From IMG/VR virus record IMGVR_UViG_3300025084_000015: DNA of 64,000 bases; one strand, written 5' to 3'. The position numbers and the translations under genes were made by a program. The stretch's first letter is position 1, and every line of letters starts with the position of its first letter. This DNA comes from an uncultured virus (IMG/VR IMGVR_UViG_3300025084_000015). Lineage: Duplodnaviria; Heunggongvirae; Uroviricota; Caudoviricetes. Below are positions 16,692-26,032 of the stretch, in pieces. The notes beneath the pieces were generated by a model that saw only the letters and a list, made by a program, of their open reading frames with translations, was not told where the DNA came from and did not search any database.

Positions 16692-17579
16692 TTAAATGTA
16701 ACTTGATTCGTATTTTGGTGGGAAAAAGTCTTCTACAGAACTGACTAACATACTACAACGCTTTTCAATTAAGTAAGGAAGAACCTTTCCTTTATCTTTA
16801 TTTCTCTGTAGATTATATTTATCGTTAATATCTTGTACAATATCTTCAGGAATACAGTCTAAATCGATAACAGATTTATTGCGGCAATAATTGCGGTATG
16901 TTTCTTGGCCCATCATGTCCATTAGTTCAGAATCATTTTTAGCAGTATACCACTCTTGAATTTTTTTGGCTCGCATAGGTTTTTGACGAATTCCTTCTGT
17001 AAAACTATCGTCTACGCTTAAAACATTTGGAACACCATCACTGCTGTCACCTCGACACACATGATCGAATTTATAAAATGCAGCATCATCTACATTAGCG
17101 AAATCACGTTTCATTGGGCTAAACTGCTTAACGTTAGAATAGCGTTGAAGTTGAAAGAAATCTTTATCAGAAGACACAATCATAACAGGCTCTGATTTGC
17201 CAAACTCCTGTGTTGATTCAACCAGTGCTGCGATGACATCATCAGCTTCTGCTCGATCTGCTTGAACCACAGGATAATGTGTGTGTTCTTTGATTTCGTC
17301 TCGTATACTATTAATTAGCGTAAAGAAATGGCCCCAATCTAATGGTGATTCATCCCTGCTGGTCTTGCGCTTAGCTTTGTATTGCGGATATGTTTCTTTA
17401 CGCCAGGACGAGCTGTCACAAGCAATTACCATTTCTCCGTATTTTTCACGGAACTTAGTATTATACATTCTAATACGATTTAGAATCATGTGCCTAATAA
17501 GGCTTTCTTCAATTTCTTCCGGTCTATCTTGAGAAAAAATAGCCGCAATTGCAATTCCTGAGTAGTCAACAATAATCAT
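16692..17579 (-). CDS. rnh: T4-type RNase H / 5'-3' exonuclease
   Basis: MIIVDYSGI, WRKETYPQYKAKR, AEADDVIA, SSDKDFFQL, GDSSDGVPN; start set at 17579. Confidence 0.92.
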   Translation of the reverse strand: MIIVDYSGIAIAAIFSQDRPEEIEESLIRHMILNRIRMYNTKFREKYGEMVIACDSSSWRKETYPQYKAKRKTSRDESPLDWGHFFTLINSIRDEIKEHTHYPVVQADRAEADDVIAALVESTQEFGKSEPVMIVSSDKDFFQLQRYSNVKQFSPMKRDFANVDDAAFYKFDHVCRGDSSDGVPNVLSVDDSFTEGIRQKPMRAKKIQEWYTAKNDSELMDMMGQETYRNYCRNKSVIDLDCIPEDIVQDINDKYNLQRNKDKGKVLPYLIEKRCSMLVSSVEDFFPPKYESSYI

Positions 17580-17633
17580 AGTTTTCTGTTTGTTATGGAT
17601 ATATTCTACCATAAAAACTAACCATTGTAAATA

Positions 17634-18047
17634 CTATTTTTCCTTAAAAACGTGTTTTCTATGGATTTTACCGCCAATAAAGGCATTATAGTACTCATTT
17701 GGCTTAAAAAGCACTTCTCTGTCAATTTGCTCTTTCATTTCGAAATATGTCATTTGCCCTGGAGAAACACACAATTTTAGTATGGTTCTTTCAAATCTGC
17801 TAGGTCCAAACTCCTCTACTAGTGTCTTTACTTCTTCATTCGAACCATAATACTTTTGCCAATCCGACTCTTTTATAGATCTCCTTTTGTTTTTTCTGCC
17901 TTTAAGAGGAGGGCGGGTGACTTTAGACCAAAACTTTTTCTTACCAATATACTTCATTTTATTATGAGTATCGGTTACTTCATACACAAATCCATGGTAT
18001 GATTCGATCATTTCAGAGGTAAATTCCTCTCCGTTATAAATCCACAT
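17634..18047 (-). CDS. GIY-YIG endonuclease, T4 endonuclease II (DenA)-like
   Basis: GFVYEV...KYIGKK, ESDWQKYYGS, YYN; start MWIYNG. Confidence 0.75.
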   Translation of the reverse strand: MWIYNGEEFTSEMIESYHGFVYEVTDTHNKMKYIGKKKFWSKVTRPPLKGRKNKRRSIKESDWQKYYGSNEEVKTLVEEFGPSRFERTILKLCVSPGQMTYFEMKEQIDREVLFKPNEYYNAFIGGKIHRKHVFKEK

Positions 18048-18051
18048 AAAG

Positions 18052-18963
18052 TTATTTATGCGCGAACTCTTTAAAGGATAAGAGCTTACGGGATGAAATA
18101 ATTTCAAAAAAAGTTTTTGCTTCAGGACCACTTAAGCGGTCGTAATCAAAAGAAACTGAAGAGTATATTGGTCTATAATGAAGTGTTCTTTCCTTTGGTA
18201 CAATCAACAATTGTCCAGTTGTCACCATCTCACCTTTTTTAATATTGCCTGTTCTCATTGGATTCATGAAAACGTCTTTATCAGGACATTTTGCGATTTG
18301 ATCAATGAGTTCTCCTGGTTCTGAAATATCAGCTGACGCAAACTTCCTTGCGTATTCTAAACGTTTTTCGCTACTTTCACGGGCTTTAACTAAACGTTCA
18401 TCGGTTGGGTTTTTATGATACCCAAGTTCCTTCATTGTAATACCGTGGTTTGTTCTACACGAACACGGTTCGTCTTTTGAAATTTTGCTTATAACGTATT
18501 TGTACTCTCTTGGATTTTCTTTAGTAGCATCATCTTTTCTTACAGTAAATCCTCCCTCAAGAACATAACAATCTTTTTCATTAAAGACATATGTAGCACC
18601 AGCCAATTTAAGTTCAACAAGTAGATCTAAAGCTTCCTTAGGTGTTTTGGCCAAAAGAGCTTTTCTAATTGCCCTTCCGTCAGGAGAATAATATCCAATA
18701 TTGTCTCGCTTATTTTTTCTTTTTAAAATAATCTTATCGCCTTCCTTTTCGTCGCTTTTAACAGAAAAGGACGCAGATATAATTGCTAACCCATGTTCAT
18801 TGACTCCTTCGCTCCATCTACTTAGTTTGTCATCAATGTATAAGCGTTGTAAACCGTGACGATTAGATTGTGTAATTACAACATCTGTTTTATAATTACG
18901 GTCACGGTTTTTTGCACCGATCCAGCCGTAACCATTCATATATTTTACCGCTACTACACACAT
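18052..18963 (-). CDS. Ntn-hydrolase (NRDE/TANGO2-like) protein
   Basis: N-terminal MC, AKNRDR, EGVNEHG, RTNH; late promoter TATAAATA at 18980..18973. Confidence 0.65.
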   Translation of the reverse strand: MCVVAVKYMNGYGWIGAKNRDRNYKTDVVITQSNRHGLQRLYIDDKLSRWSEGVNEHGLAIISASFSVKSDEKEGDKIILKRKNKRDNIGYYSPDGRAIRKALLAKTPKEALDLLVELKLAGATYVFNEKDCYVLEGGFTVRKDDATKENPREYKYVISKISKDEPCSCRTNHGITMKELGYHKNPTDERLVKARESSEKRLEYARKFASADISEPGELIDQIAKCPDKDVFMNPMRTGNIKKGEMVTTGQLLIVPKERTLHYRPIYSSVSFDYDRLSGPEAKTFFEIISSRKLLSFKEFAHK

Positions 18964-18988
18964 ACTCAATTCTATTTATACAAAACAG

Positions 18989-19396
18989 CTATTTAATCCA
19001 CGATCCATCTGCAATTCTTTTTTCTTTTAACTCGTCATAATCCTTTTCTTTCTTTCCTCCATCATATACCCAAGCATAACCTTTTTCTACCATTACTTCA
19101 TTCAAAGAAATGCTGAATTCATCTGTGTATAACCAACCTAAAATACGGCCGTATTTGCCTTCCTTTTCAGTTTTAATAATAACACTATCACAGTATTCAA
19201 CGTGTTTTTTTAGCCAGTGTTTTGCTTCTAATCCTAGCTTTTTTTCGTATAGGTCACGGGTCCGTGACTCAGGAGCGTCAATTGCAGCAATTCGTACGCG
19301 TTCTTTTTTAGTTATACCAAAGCCTAAGTCAATAATAACATCGACTGTGTCTCCGTCAACTACCTTTGTGATTTCTTTAATTTTGTATGTGTACAT
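18989..19396 (-). CDS. Thermonuclease (SNase-like)
   Basis: VVDGDTVD, RIAAIDAPE, GKYGRILG. Confidence 0.9.
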   Translation of the reverse strand: MYTYKIKEITKVVDGDTVDVIIDLGFGITKKERVRIAAIDAPESRTRDLYEKKLGLEAKHWLKKHVEYCDSVIIKTEKEGKYGRILGWLYTDEFSISLNEVMVEKGYAWVYDGGKKEKDYDELKEKRIADGSWIK

Positions 19397-19563
19397 TAGT
19401 CTTCTTCAAGTAAATATTCTTCTTCAACACAAATATGACTTGATCCGCAAAAAGGACAGTACTCAGGAACTACTTGGTTTCCGTAATCGTCTTCTAAATC
19501 ATCACTCCACATAATATAATAATCTGCAGAGCAGCTTTGGCAATTAACTTGTTCTTTTGTCAT
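19396..19563 (-). CDS. Small zinc-ribbon protein (55 aa)
   Basis: Read manually: MTKEQVNCQSC...PEYCPFCGS...; overlaps nrdA stop. Confidence 0.7.
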   Translation of the reverse strand: MTKEQVNCQSCSADYYIMWSDDLEDDYGNQVVPEYCPFCGSSHICVEEEYLLEED

Positions 19564-21206
19564 GATTCACACGTAGTGCATTCGTTTAGTGAGCGTGCAA
19601 GCTCTTGAGCAGGGTTTGCGCTACGCTGATAATACAATGACTTAATCCCGTTTTCCCATGCCCATACAAGTAGTTCGTTAACTTCTTTAGGTTTAGTCGA
19701 AGGTGGAACCATCATGTTAATAGACTGCCCTTGATCAATGTATTTTTGGCGTTGTGCTGCTTGGATAAGAATTTCTTTCTGAGATATTTCACCGAAGTTT
19801 TTAAATACTTCTTTTTCGTGGTCAGAGAGGAATTTCAAATGCTGTACAGAACCACCTTTTTGCAATATGCTTCTCCAAGTAGAGTTATCGTTTTTATCGT
19901 AGCTAATTAGAACTTTAGTAAGCTCTGGGTTTTTGTAGGTAAACTTGCCTTTAGCAAGATCTTTTGTAAAGTAATTACTATTAAGAGGTTCGATTGAAGG
20001 ACTAATTTGACCTAGAATAAAAGAGCTGCTTGTGGTAGGAGCAATAGCTACTAAGCAACTATTACGTAAACCATAACCTTCCATAAGAGATGGTACACCA
20101 TATTCAATAGCCATTTCTTTAGAAGCTGCAGTTGTCCTCTCTTGAATAGTCTTAAAAATAAGAGAGTTTTGGAGCTTAGCTTCCATGGACTCAAAAGCAA
20201 TACTTTCCTGTTGTAAGTATGAATGCCAACCTAGTACGCCTATACCAAGAGCTCTTTGAGTCATAGCAAACTTATGTGGTGATTCTAAATTTTTAACTCC
20301 ACGAGTTTTGTTAATAAACTCAGTCATAACAGCATCAAGGAACTGTGTCAATGTTTCAATAGCGTCGGTTTCAACAATTTCTGACCACTTAGCAAGATTA
20401 AGAGAAGATAGATCACACACAAATGACTCGTCTTCTTCTGCGGATAAAAATATTTCAGTGCACAAATTTGAAGCGTGAATACGTTTACCTTTATCTTTGT
20501 AAACTTCCGGAGCGGCGTTATTAGCGTTATCAGAAAAGAATATGTAAGGATACCCAGACTCATAACGCTTCTTAATAACCTTACCCCATATAGATCTTTT
20601 CTTTTTATCACCTGCAACCATTTCTTTCATCCATTCGTCACTGATAGTAACACCAATAGAAAGATCTTGAATAGCATTTCCTTCACCTCTAATTCCTAAA
20701 AACTCTTCAATGTCGCCATGGTCAATCGGCAAATAAGCCGCAAATGATCCTCGTCGGACATTGCTTTGTGAAATGTAATTTGTTAAAGAATCAAATACTG
20801 TTAACTGGTGATGAACTCCAGTAGCACTTCCTCCGCTAGAAATTTCTGCTCCTCTACAACGTACATCGCCAAAATACGCAGAAGTTCCTCCGCCGACTTT
20901 AGACATAGTTCCAACCTCAGCAATCTTACCAAGAATCTTCTCCATATCATCTGGAATATAAGATCCAAAACAAGAGATCGGCAAACCTCTATCTCTCCCA
21001 AAGTTAGACCAAATAGGAGATGATAAGGAATAGAATCCTTTGTGCATATAGTCAATAAACTTTTCAGCCCAACTATCATCACCAAGATATTCTTGGGCTT
21101 TATTCGCAATGTCAATAATGCGCTGTTCTGGACTTTCACCAGGAAGTAGATAGCCCCTTTCAAGGAACTGCCGACTGTCTTTGTTTAACCAATAAATGTC
21201 ATTCAT
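19560..21206 (-). CDS. nrdA: Ribonucleotide reductase class I alpha subunit (short, no ATP cone)
   Basis: GLPISCF, SNLCTEI, FVCDLSSLNL, IAPTTSSS, KSLYY, C-terminal CTTCES. Confidence 0.95.
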   Translation of the reverse strand: MNDIYWLNKDSRQFLERGYLLPGESPEQRIIDIANKAQEYLGDDSWAEKFIDYMHKGFYSLSSPIWSNFGRDRGLPISCFGSYIPDDMEKILGKIAEVGTMSKVGGGTSAYFGDVRCRGAEISSGGSATGVHHQLTVFDSLTNYISQSNVRRGSFAAYLPIDHGDIEEFLGIRGEGNAIQDLSIGVTISDEWMKEMVAGDKKKRSIWGKVIKKRYESGYPYIFFSDNANNAAPEVYKDKGKRIHASNLCTEIFLSAEEDESFVCDLSSLNLAKWSEIVETDAIETLTQFLDAVMTEFINKTRGVKNLESPHKFAMTQRALGIGVLGWHSYLQQESIAFESMEAKLQNSLIFKTIQERTTAASKEMAIEYGVPSLMEGYGLRNSCLVAIAPTTSSSFILGQISPSIEPLNSNYFTKDLAKGKFTYKNPELTKVLISYDKNDNSTWRSILQKGGSVQHLKFLSDHEKEVFKNFGEISQKEILIQAAQRQKYIDQGQSINMMVPPSTKPKEVNELLVWAWENGIKSLYYQRSANPAQELARSLNECTTCES

Positions 21207-21233
21207 AATATTATAATAGCAAAAAATTTAAAA

Positions 21234-22208
21234 TCAAAAGAGATCGTCCTCGTCAAAAGACTGACTTTTCTTCGAATACTCAACAGGGCGTGAGTGGAAA
21301 AAATCAGTCATGTTATTTCCAAGAAGCTCCTCTTCAAACCACATAGTCGATTCTAAAAGAGTGTCATCTACTTCAAATACGGGTTCGAAACCAATTTGAT
21401 CTAAAGAAGAGTTAATACGGTTTTTAATAAACTCTTTAACAATAGTGGCGTTTAATCCTGGCTCATCAATTCCATTAATCATCCAATCAACTATTTTACT
21501 TTCGGCTGTAAATGCGTCTACGGCCTCTCCTCGAATTCTTTCTTCTAGCTCTTCATCAAATAATTCAGGGCTTTCTTCACGAATCGTGTTAATGATTTTC
21601 ATGCCAACAAGAGCGTGTATATTCTCCTCGTTTCGTGTGTACTTAACTTGTTGATCAGTGTCTTTTAGCACATTCTTATAACGTGCAAACCAGTTAATAA
21701 TATAAAACTGAGAGAAGAGAGATACGTTTTCTACAAACAGTGTGAAAAGTGTGAGGGCATACAAATACTGTTTCTTAGAGCTCTTATAAAATTTGTGTGT
21801 GTATTTGCGTAAGTAGTTAACACGACCTTGAATAAAGTCTAGTTTTAAATTTTCTTCAAACACATCTTCCATATCAAGCACCGTAAGAAGTCTTTCATAT
21901 GCGTTATTATGAATCACTTCAGTATTAGCCATTACATAACCTAAGTCTTGAAGCGCGGGATGTGGAAGATTCTCTCCTAGTTTAGCCCAGAAAGTTTTTA
22001 CTGCGACTTCAATTTGGCCAACAGCTGAAAGTGTTCTGACAATAATTTCTCTTTGTTGATCGTCAAGTTCAGTTTTAAATTGTTGAACGTCAGACGTGAA
22101 AGAGAATTCTTTATCAGTCCAGAATCCGTTATGCATGGATTCAATGAACTGTTCTGTCCATGGATATAAATTTGGTTTACGAGATTGTTGTTCTTCGAAT
22201 ATAGACAT
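21234..22208 (-). CDS. nrdB: Ribonucleotide reductase class I beta subunit, class Id-like
   Basis: QIEVAVKTFW, EVIHNNAY, ENVSLFSQF, EENIH, DFFHSRPVEY. Confidence 0.93.
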   Translation of the reverse strand: MSIFEEQQSRKPNLYPWTEQFIESMHNGFWTDKEFSFTSDVQQFKTELDDQQREIIVRTLSAVGQIEVAVKTFWAKLGENLPHPALQDLGYVMANTEVIHNNAYERLLTVLDMEDVFEENLKLDFIQGRVNYLRKYTHKFYKSSKKQYLYALTLFTLFVENVSLFSQFYIINWFARYKNVLKDTDQQVKYTRNEENIHALVGMKIINTIREESPELFDEELEERIRGEAVDAFTAESKIVDWMINGIDEPGLNATIVKEFIKNRINSSLDQIGFEPVFEVDDTLLESTMWFEEELLGNNMTDFFHSRPVEYSKKSQSFDEDDLF

Positions 22209-22270
22209 AGCGGTGATTTGATGTTAATTATTATAACACATTAAAGCAGATAAGTAAAACCTATTTTTAC

Positions 22271-22540
22271 TTATTTTGAATTATATAGAGCACGTAAAGC
22301 TCCAGTTTCTGCGTTACGTAAAACAATCACAGCGTCCTTATTTCGATTATAATAATCGACAATATTTTTCTCGCCTTCATTAATAAATTTTGACCACCGT
22401 TCATATTTTGTACGGCCGGTTTCGAACTTTCTAAAAGTCTCCATAGAAACATCAAAAACACGATATTTTCTTTTTACTACGGCTCCTAACGGTTTGTCGG
22501 TAATTGCAACTGCCGACGTGGTCATATTTTCTTTTTTCAT
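22271..22540 (-). CDS. Conserved T4-like hypothetical protein
   Basis: KYERWSK, IVLRNAETGA. Confidence 0.65.
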   Translation of the reverse strand: MKKENMTTSAVAITDKPLGAVVKRKYRVFDVSMETFRKFETGRTKYERWSKFINEGEKNIVDYYNRNKDAVIVLRNAETGALRALYNSK

Positions 22541-23115
22541 CTAGCGATATCTTCCTGTGTAACGTATACTGTTTGTTGTGTTTTAACGTGTTTAACTTTA
22601 AATACCGCATGACCCAACACTGAGCCATGCGGTTGAGATTCCGTTGTTTCTACCATAGACCCTTTTAATGCTAAAATTTCTCCGGTCTTTGGTAATGCTA
22701 TGTCACGGACAAGTGCATATTTTCCCTTTTCTATATTTCCGTCTTCGGTCAAATACCATTCATTTAAGTCTGGCTTATATTCCGAAAGATCTACACCATT
22801 TGTTTCTTTAAGGATCTTAACTAGACGTTCATCGCTAATTTTTGTATGTTCCTTAATGAGATACAATGCCGCGGCGTAACGTGCTATTGTACTTTTGCCT
22901 AACGGGATTTTTCCCAAAAGCCTTCGAATATTGAATACTAATTTATGAAAAATTGTGTATGATGACTTTTCTTTAGGTGTTTCAGGTTTTTTAACTTTTA
23001 CTCCTTGATCGTCTACAATGCCCTGTTTAAACGCGTCGGTTTTTATCCACGGCATCGTTAATAGACGAAGAAATCGTAATGCGTAAAAAAAGTCTGGTCC
23101 TCTAAATAATCCCAT
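22537..23115 (-). CDS. Conserved T4-like late hypothetical protein
   Basis: LRFLRLLTMPW..AFKQGIVD, YTIFHKLVFNIRR, YAAALYLIKE. Confidence 0.75.
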   Translation of the reverse strand: MGLFRGPDFFYALRFLRLLTMPWIKTDAFKQGIVDDQGVKVKKPETPKEKSSYTIFHKLVFNIRRLLGKIPLGKSTIARYAAALYLIKEHTKISDERLVKILKETNGVDLSEYKPDLNEWYLTEDGNIEKGKYALVRDIALPKTGEILALKGSMVETTESQPHGSVLGHAVFKVKHVKTQQTVYVTQEDIAR

Positions 23116-23117
23116 AG

Positions 23118-23489
23118 TTATATTTCTTTCAGTTTGTTAGCTATACTCAAATCAATATTTATATCTTGATAAGTGTTCGGTTGTAAATAATTTAAATAAA
23201 TCATAAATGTTTTAAGCGCTGGCCACAAATTTTCATCAACTCTAAAGAAAAGCATCCGTGTTGCAGCGTGTATTTCAAAAACATTGTAAATTAAAATCAA
23301 GTGGTTTAAAAGTAGTTTTTCTTGTAATTTGCCAGAACTTCTGTATCTCCTAAGCAATCTTACTATGTATTTAAATGTTGATAAATCACCGTAAAATTCA
23401 TCCATAGTAAGACACCTTTTATTAGTGTAATATTTAGCAGCAAATAATTCAAAATTTTGACTTGTTAATTCGTCAAATAGTTTGTCCAT
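23118..23489 (-). CDS. Conserved T4-like late hypothetical protein
   Basis: NFELFAAKYY, FKYIVRLLRRY, LLNHLILIYNVF. Confidence 0.75.
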   Translation of the reverse strand: MDKLFDELTSQNFELFAAKYYTNKRCLTMDEFYGDLSTFKYIVRLLRRYRSSGKLQEKLLLNHLILIYNVFEIHAATRMLFFRVDENLWPALKTFMIYLNYLQPNTYQDINIDLSIANKLKEI

Positions 23490-23522
23490 ATAAGTTATTT
23501 ATCTAACCTTTATACTGCAAGT

Positions 23523-23609
23523 CTATTGACGCATATTCATTATTAATAAGGAAACACACGACAAAAGAACAATAGCTGTTATTCCATCAGTCATTAACTC
23601 AAATGTCAT
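23523..23609 (-). CDS. Tiny membrane peptide (28 aa)
   Basis: MTFELMTDGITAIVLLSCVSLLIMNMRQ fills intergenic gap. Confidence 0.35.
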   Translation of the reverse strand: MTFELMTDGITAIVLLSCVSLLIMNMRQ

Positions 23610-23623
23610 TTTATTTTTGTTGT

Positions 23624-24163
23624 TTAATTCAATTCATCAGCTAATGCATCATTAATTGCTTTATGAATTTCAGATGTTTTAGAATCGATGTATACCTTAT
23701 TACCAGATTTTCTCTTCATAATTCGTACTTTAGTTCCTTTGCCGTGATATTTTTTCTTAAGCTCTTTTGCTTTTTCATCATCGGCTGTAACAATTGTACG
23801 TGTGTCTGTTTTATAGTCAACAGCAGGAGCAGCTTTCTTTGGAGGATACTCTTTATTGATAAACTCTTCGACAGCTTTAGCAACGTCAGCAACTGTCATT
23901 TTGTCATCAAATCTAACAATCGTTTTGCTTGAATCAGAATCTACAAGGTCTGAATTTCCATCAACATAAACATCAAATTTTTTCTGAGCGTGATCAGATA
24001 GCAGTTTCTTTATTGCCCTCCTAAAAGCTTTAACTTCTTTAAAAGATGCACCGAACGCAAAATAACTTATGGTTTTACCATCTCTGTTTTTTCCTTTAAC
24101 AAAAACTTTATCGTTTGGTCTAACTGCTTCATCAACCTGAGACTCAGATTCTACTTTATCTTT
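23624..24163 (-). CDS. In-frame continuation of 24164..25327 beyond a single TGA (readthrough extension or broken gene)
   Basis: 180 codons open in the same frame; first start codon only at 23899; begins KDKVESESQVDEA, the same linker type as upstream. Confidence 0.6.
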   Translation of the reverse strand, partial: KDKVESESQVDEAVRPNDKVFVKGKNRDGKTISYFAFGASFKEVKAFRRAIKKLLSDHAQKKFDVYVDGNSDLVDSDSSKTIVRFDDKMTVADVAKAVEEFINKEYPPKKAAPAVDYKTDTRTIVTADDEKAKELKKKYHGKGTKVRIMKRKSGNKVYIDSKTSEIHKAINDALADELN

Positions 24164-25327
24164 TCAACTGTTAGATTCTTCAATATCGCTTTCAACAATA
24201 TCGTTCATTTTATCCTTAAGTTGATCAATACGTGTTTTATATCCATCAATTTTGTCATCAAGTGCTTTAGCAGCTTTTGAGTCTTTTTCGACATCTCTTT
24301 TTTTCTTTTGAGCTTTACTCTTTTTATCTAAAATGTCATTAATTTTTTTCTTTATTTCAAGTTTTTTTCCTCGTACGTCTAACTTGTGTTTTTTGTCAGC
24401 ACGATCTTGTCTTCCGGATTTAGTAACACGACTTTTTACAGCCTTGCCTAAAGCCTTAGCTCCTTTTTTAAGCAATCCACCAATAAGCTCATCGATTTGT
24501 TCTTCAGAAAGTCCTTTTATAGCTTCTTCGATAGCCTTTCCAGGATTGGCCGATTCCTCAATAAATCCTGCAAGGAATCCGTCATCCTGCCAACCTTTAG
24601 GATCTTTTAAAATGCCTTCTAGGTCTTTCTTTTTACCAGTAAGCCTAACCAATGGCATTCCACCGCCAGGGCCTTTCATTGTTATAATTCTTCCTTTAAC
24701 ACGATACTTTTTCATCAGCTTTGCAAATTCAATTGATTTTGGATCGGCAGTATCAACGTCAATATATGCTTCATCAAGATCGACTGATTCGTCAACATTA
24801 GTTGACTCACTCTGGCCGTACTGAAACTCAATTTCTTCCCAAACAGAAATGACTTTATCGATAGCTTTCGTCATATCCTTAAAGTCACCATCGTACTTTC
24901 CTCCAAGTGCTTTGTTAACACCCTTATTTACCGCTGATCCGACTTTTAGTTGTTTCTCTAAAGCATAAATGCGTTCACCTGCCATTTTTACGCCTGAGCT
25001 CATGGTAGCTTCATCAAGCTCTGTTGACTCACCAAGGATTTTCTTGGCTACTTCAACATCCATTTCAGTAGGGAATTTCTTACCGTCAAATTCAAACTCG
25101 TCATCACCAGCAACTGCGGCTTTTGCGGCAGCTTTAGTAAATTCATTTGCTTCGTCAATATCTTTTTCCGTAAGAGGAGTTGAGCCACGACGCTTTCCTT
25201 TATCAATCGAATGAAGATCGACAAAGTCTTTGTCTGAAGGCTGAACCTCAGTTTCTTTTACTTTTTTATTTTCAAGTACTTCTTTTGCCGCGTTGGCAAT
25301 TTTTTTCGTTAAATCGTCTTGGTACAT
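24164..25327 (-). CDS. Modular late head-associated protein
   Basis: TATAAATA at 25340..25333; ES..(L/I)DEA linkers; shares a domain with 61453..62511. Confidence 0.7.
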   Translation of the reverse strand: MYQDDLTKKIANAAKEVLENKKVKETEVQPSDKDFVDLHSIDKGKRRGSTPLTEKDIDEANEFTKAAAKAAVAGDDEFEFDGKKFPTEMDVEVAKKILGESTELDEATMSSGVKMAGERIYALEKQLKVGSAVNKGVNKALGGKYDGDFKDMTKAIDKVISVWEEIEFQYGQSESTNVDESVDLDEAYIDVDTADPKSIEFAKLMKKYRVKGRIITMKGPGGGMPLVRLTGKKKDLEGILKDPKGWQDDGFLAGFIEESANPGKAIEEAIKGLSEEQIDELIGGLLKKGAKALGKAVKSRVTKSGRQDRADKKHKLDVRGKKLEIKKKINDILDKKSKAQKKKRDVEKDSKAAKALDDKIDGYKTRIDQLKDKMNDIVESDIEESNS

Positions 25328-25343
25328 AATTCTATTTATATTG

Positions 25344-25700
25344 TTATGAGTTTTCTTTAGCTTTTTTAATTCTATCAGCTTCTGCTTGTTTTATAGCTGG
25401 AATAAGTTTTTTAGAAAGTTTTTTTATTAGTCCTTTTTTCTTTTCGAGTTTTTTGTCAATTTGAATTTTCTGAGAATATGTCATTGAAGAATAGTCACCT
25501 TTAGCTAATTTTTTTCTAACAATGTCTGTAGCCTTTTTAACGGATCTTGCTTTCAACTGATCAAAGGAGGCTTTTTTCTTCATTGCCAGCTTTCTTTTCA
25601 TTTGAATTTTTGGCATCAACCTTTTCATCGTACGGCTTCTAGCAATTCTTTGCGCAGGATTTAATGGCTTTTCAAGCAAAAATTGTTTAAAGCTTATCAT
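25344..25700 (-). CDS. Very basic protein with capsid-targeting-like N-terminus (gp68-like/prohead core candidate)
   Basis: MISFKQFLLE; K/R-rich. Confidence 0.6.
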   Translation of the reverse strand: MISFKQFLLEKPLNPAQRIARSRTMKRLMPKIQMKRKLAMKKKASFDQLKARSVKKATDIVRKKLAKGDYSSMTYSQKIQIDKKLEKKKGLIKKLSKKLIPAIKQAEADRIKKAKENS

Positions 25701-25701
25701 A

Positions 25702-25998
25702 CTATTTTCCTCCCGACAATAACCAAATTATTCCTGCGACAGCACTTGTAATTAACGCAGATATTGTTGTAAAAGCAACGGCTCTTACAGTTTTAATAGT
25801 TGATTCTGTATCTAATTGCGTCGCTTCAAGTGTTCGTAAACGTTTGTCTTGATCAACCATTTTATTAAGAATCATTCTGGTTGTTTCATCAAGACTAACA
25901 ATTTTTTCTTCAGCACGAGCTAAAGCAATAACAGCCGCAGTCATTTTATCAATTTTTTCTTCAATTCGATCTAAACGTTTATTGTCTCCTTGATTCAT
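25702..25998 (-). CDS. Coiled-coil protein with C-terminal TM helix (XhlA/holin-like)
   Basis: RLDRIEEKIDK...LARAEEK; hydrophobic C-terminus; TATAAATA at 26019..26012. Confidence 0.6.
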   Translation of the reverse strand: MNQGDNKRLDRIEEKIDKMTAAVIALARAEEKIVSLDETTRMILNKMVDQDKRLRTLEATQLDTESTIKTVRAVAFTTISALITSAVAGIIWLLSGGK

Positions 25999-26032
25999 AT
26001 AATTATTTTACTATTTATAATGTTTGATATTT

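Noticed and set aside
5438..17612. N-terminal extensions MVEY... of ORFs 5048..5476 and 16692..17612
   Set aside because: The ATG is part of the promoter (ATGGTAGAAT); true starts are downstream
17634..18047. Mobile GIY-YIG homing endonuclease
   Set aside because: Short single-domain protein without DNA-binding extension; better fits DenA-like nuclease
24164..24166. Genome-wide TGA recoding (alternative genetic code)
   Set aside because: Many conserved genes end properly in TGA (nrdA, gp42, gp44, uvsW) and no other gene appears split
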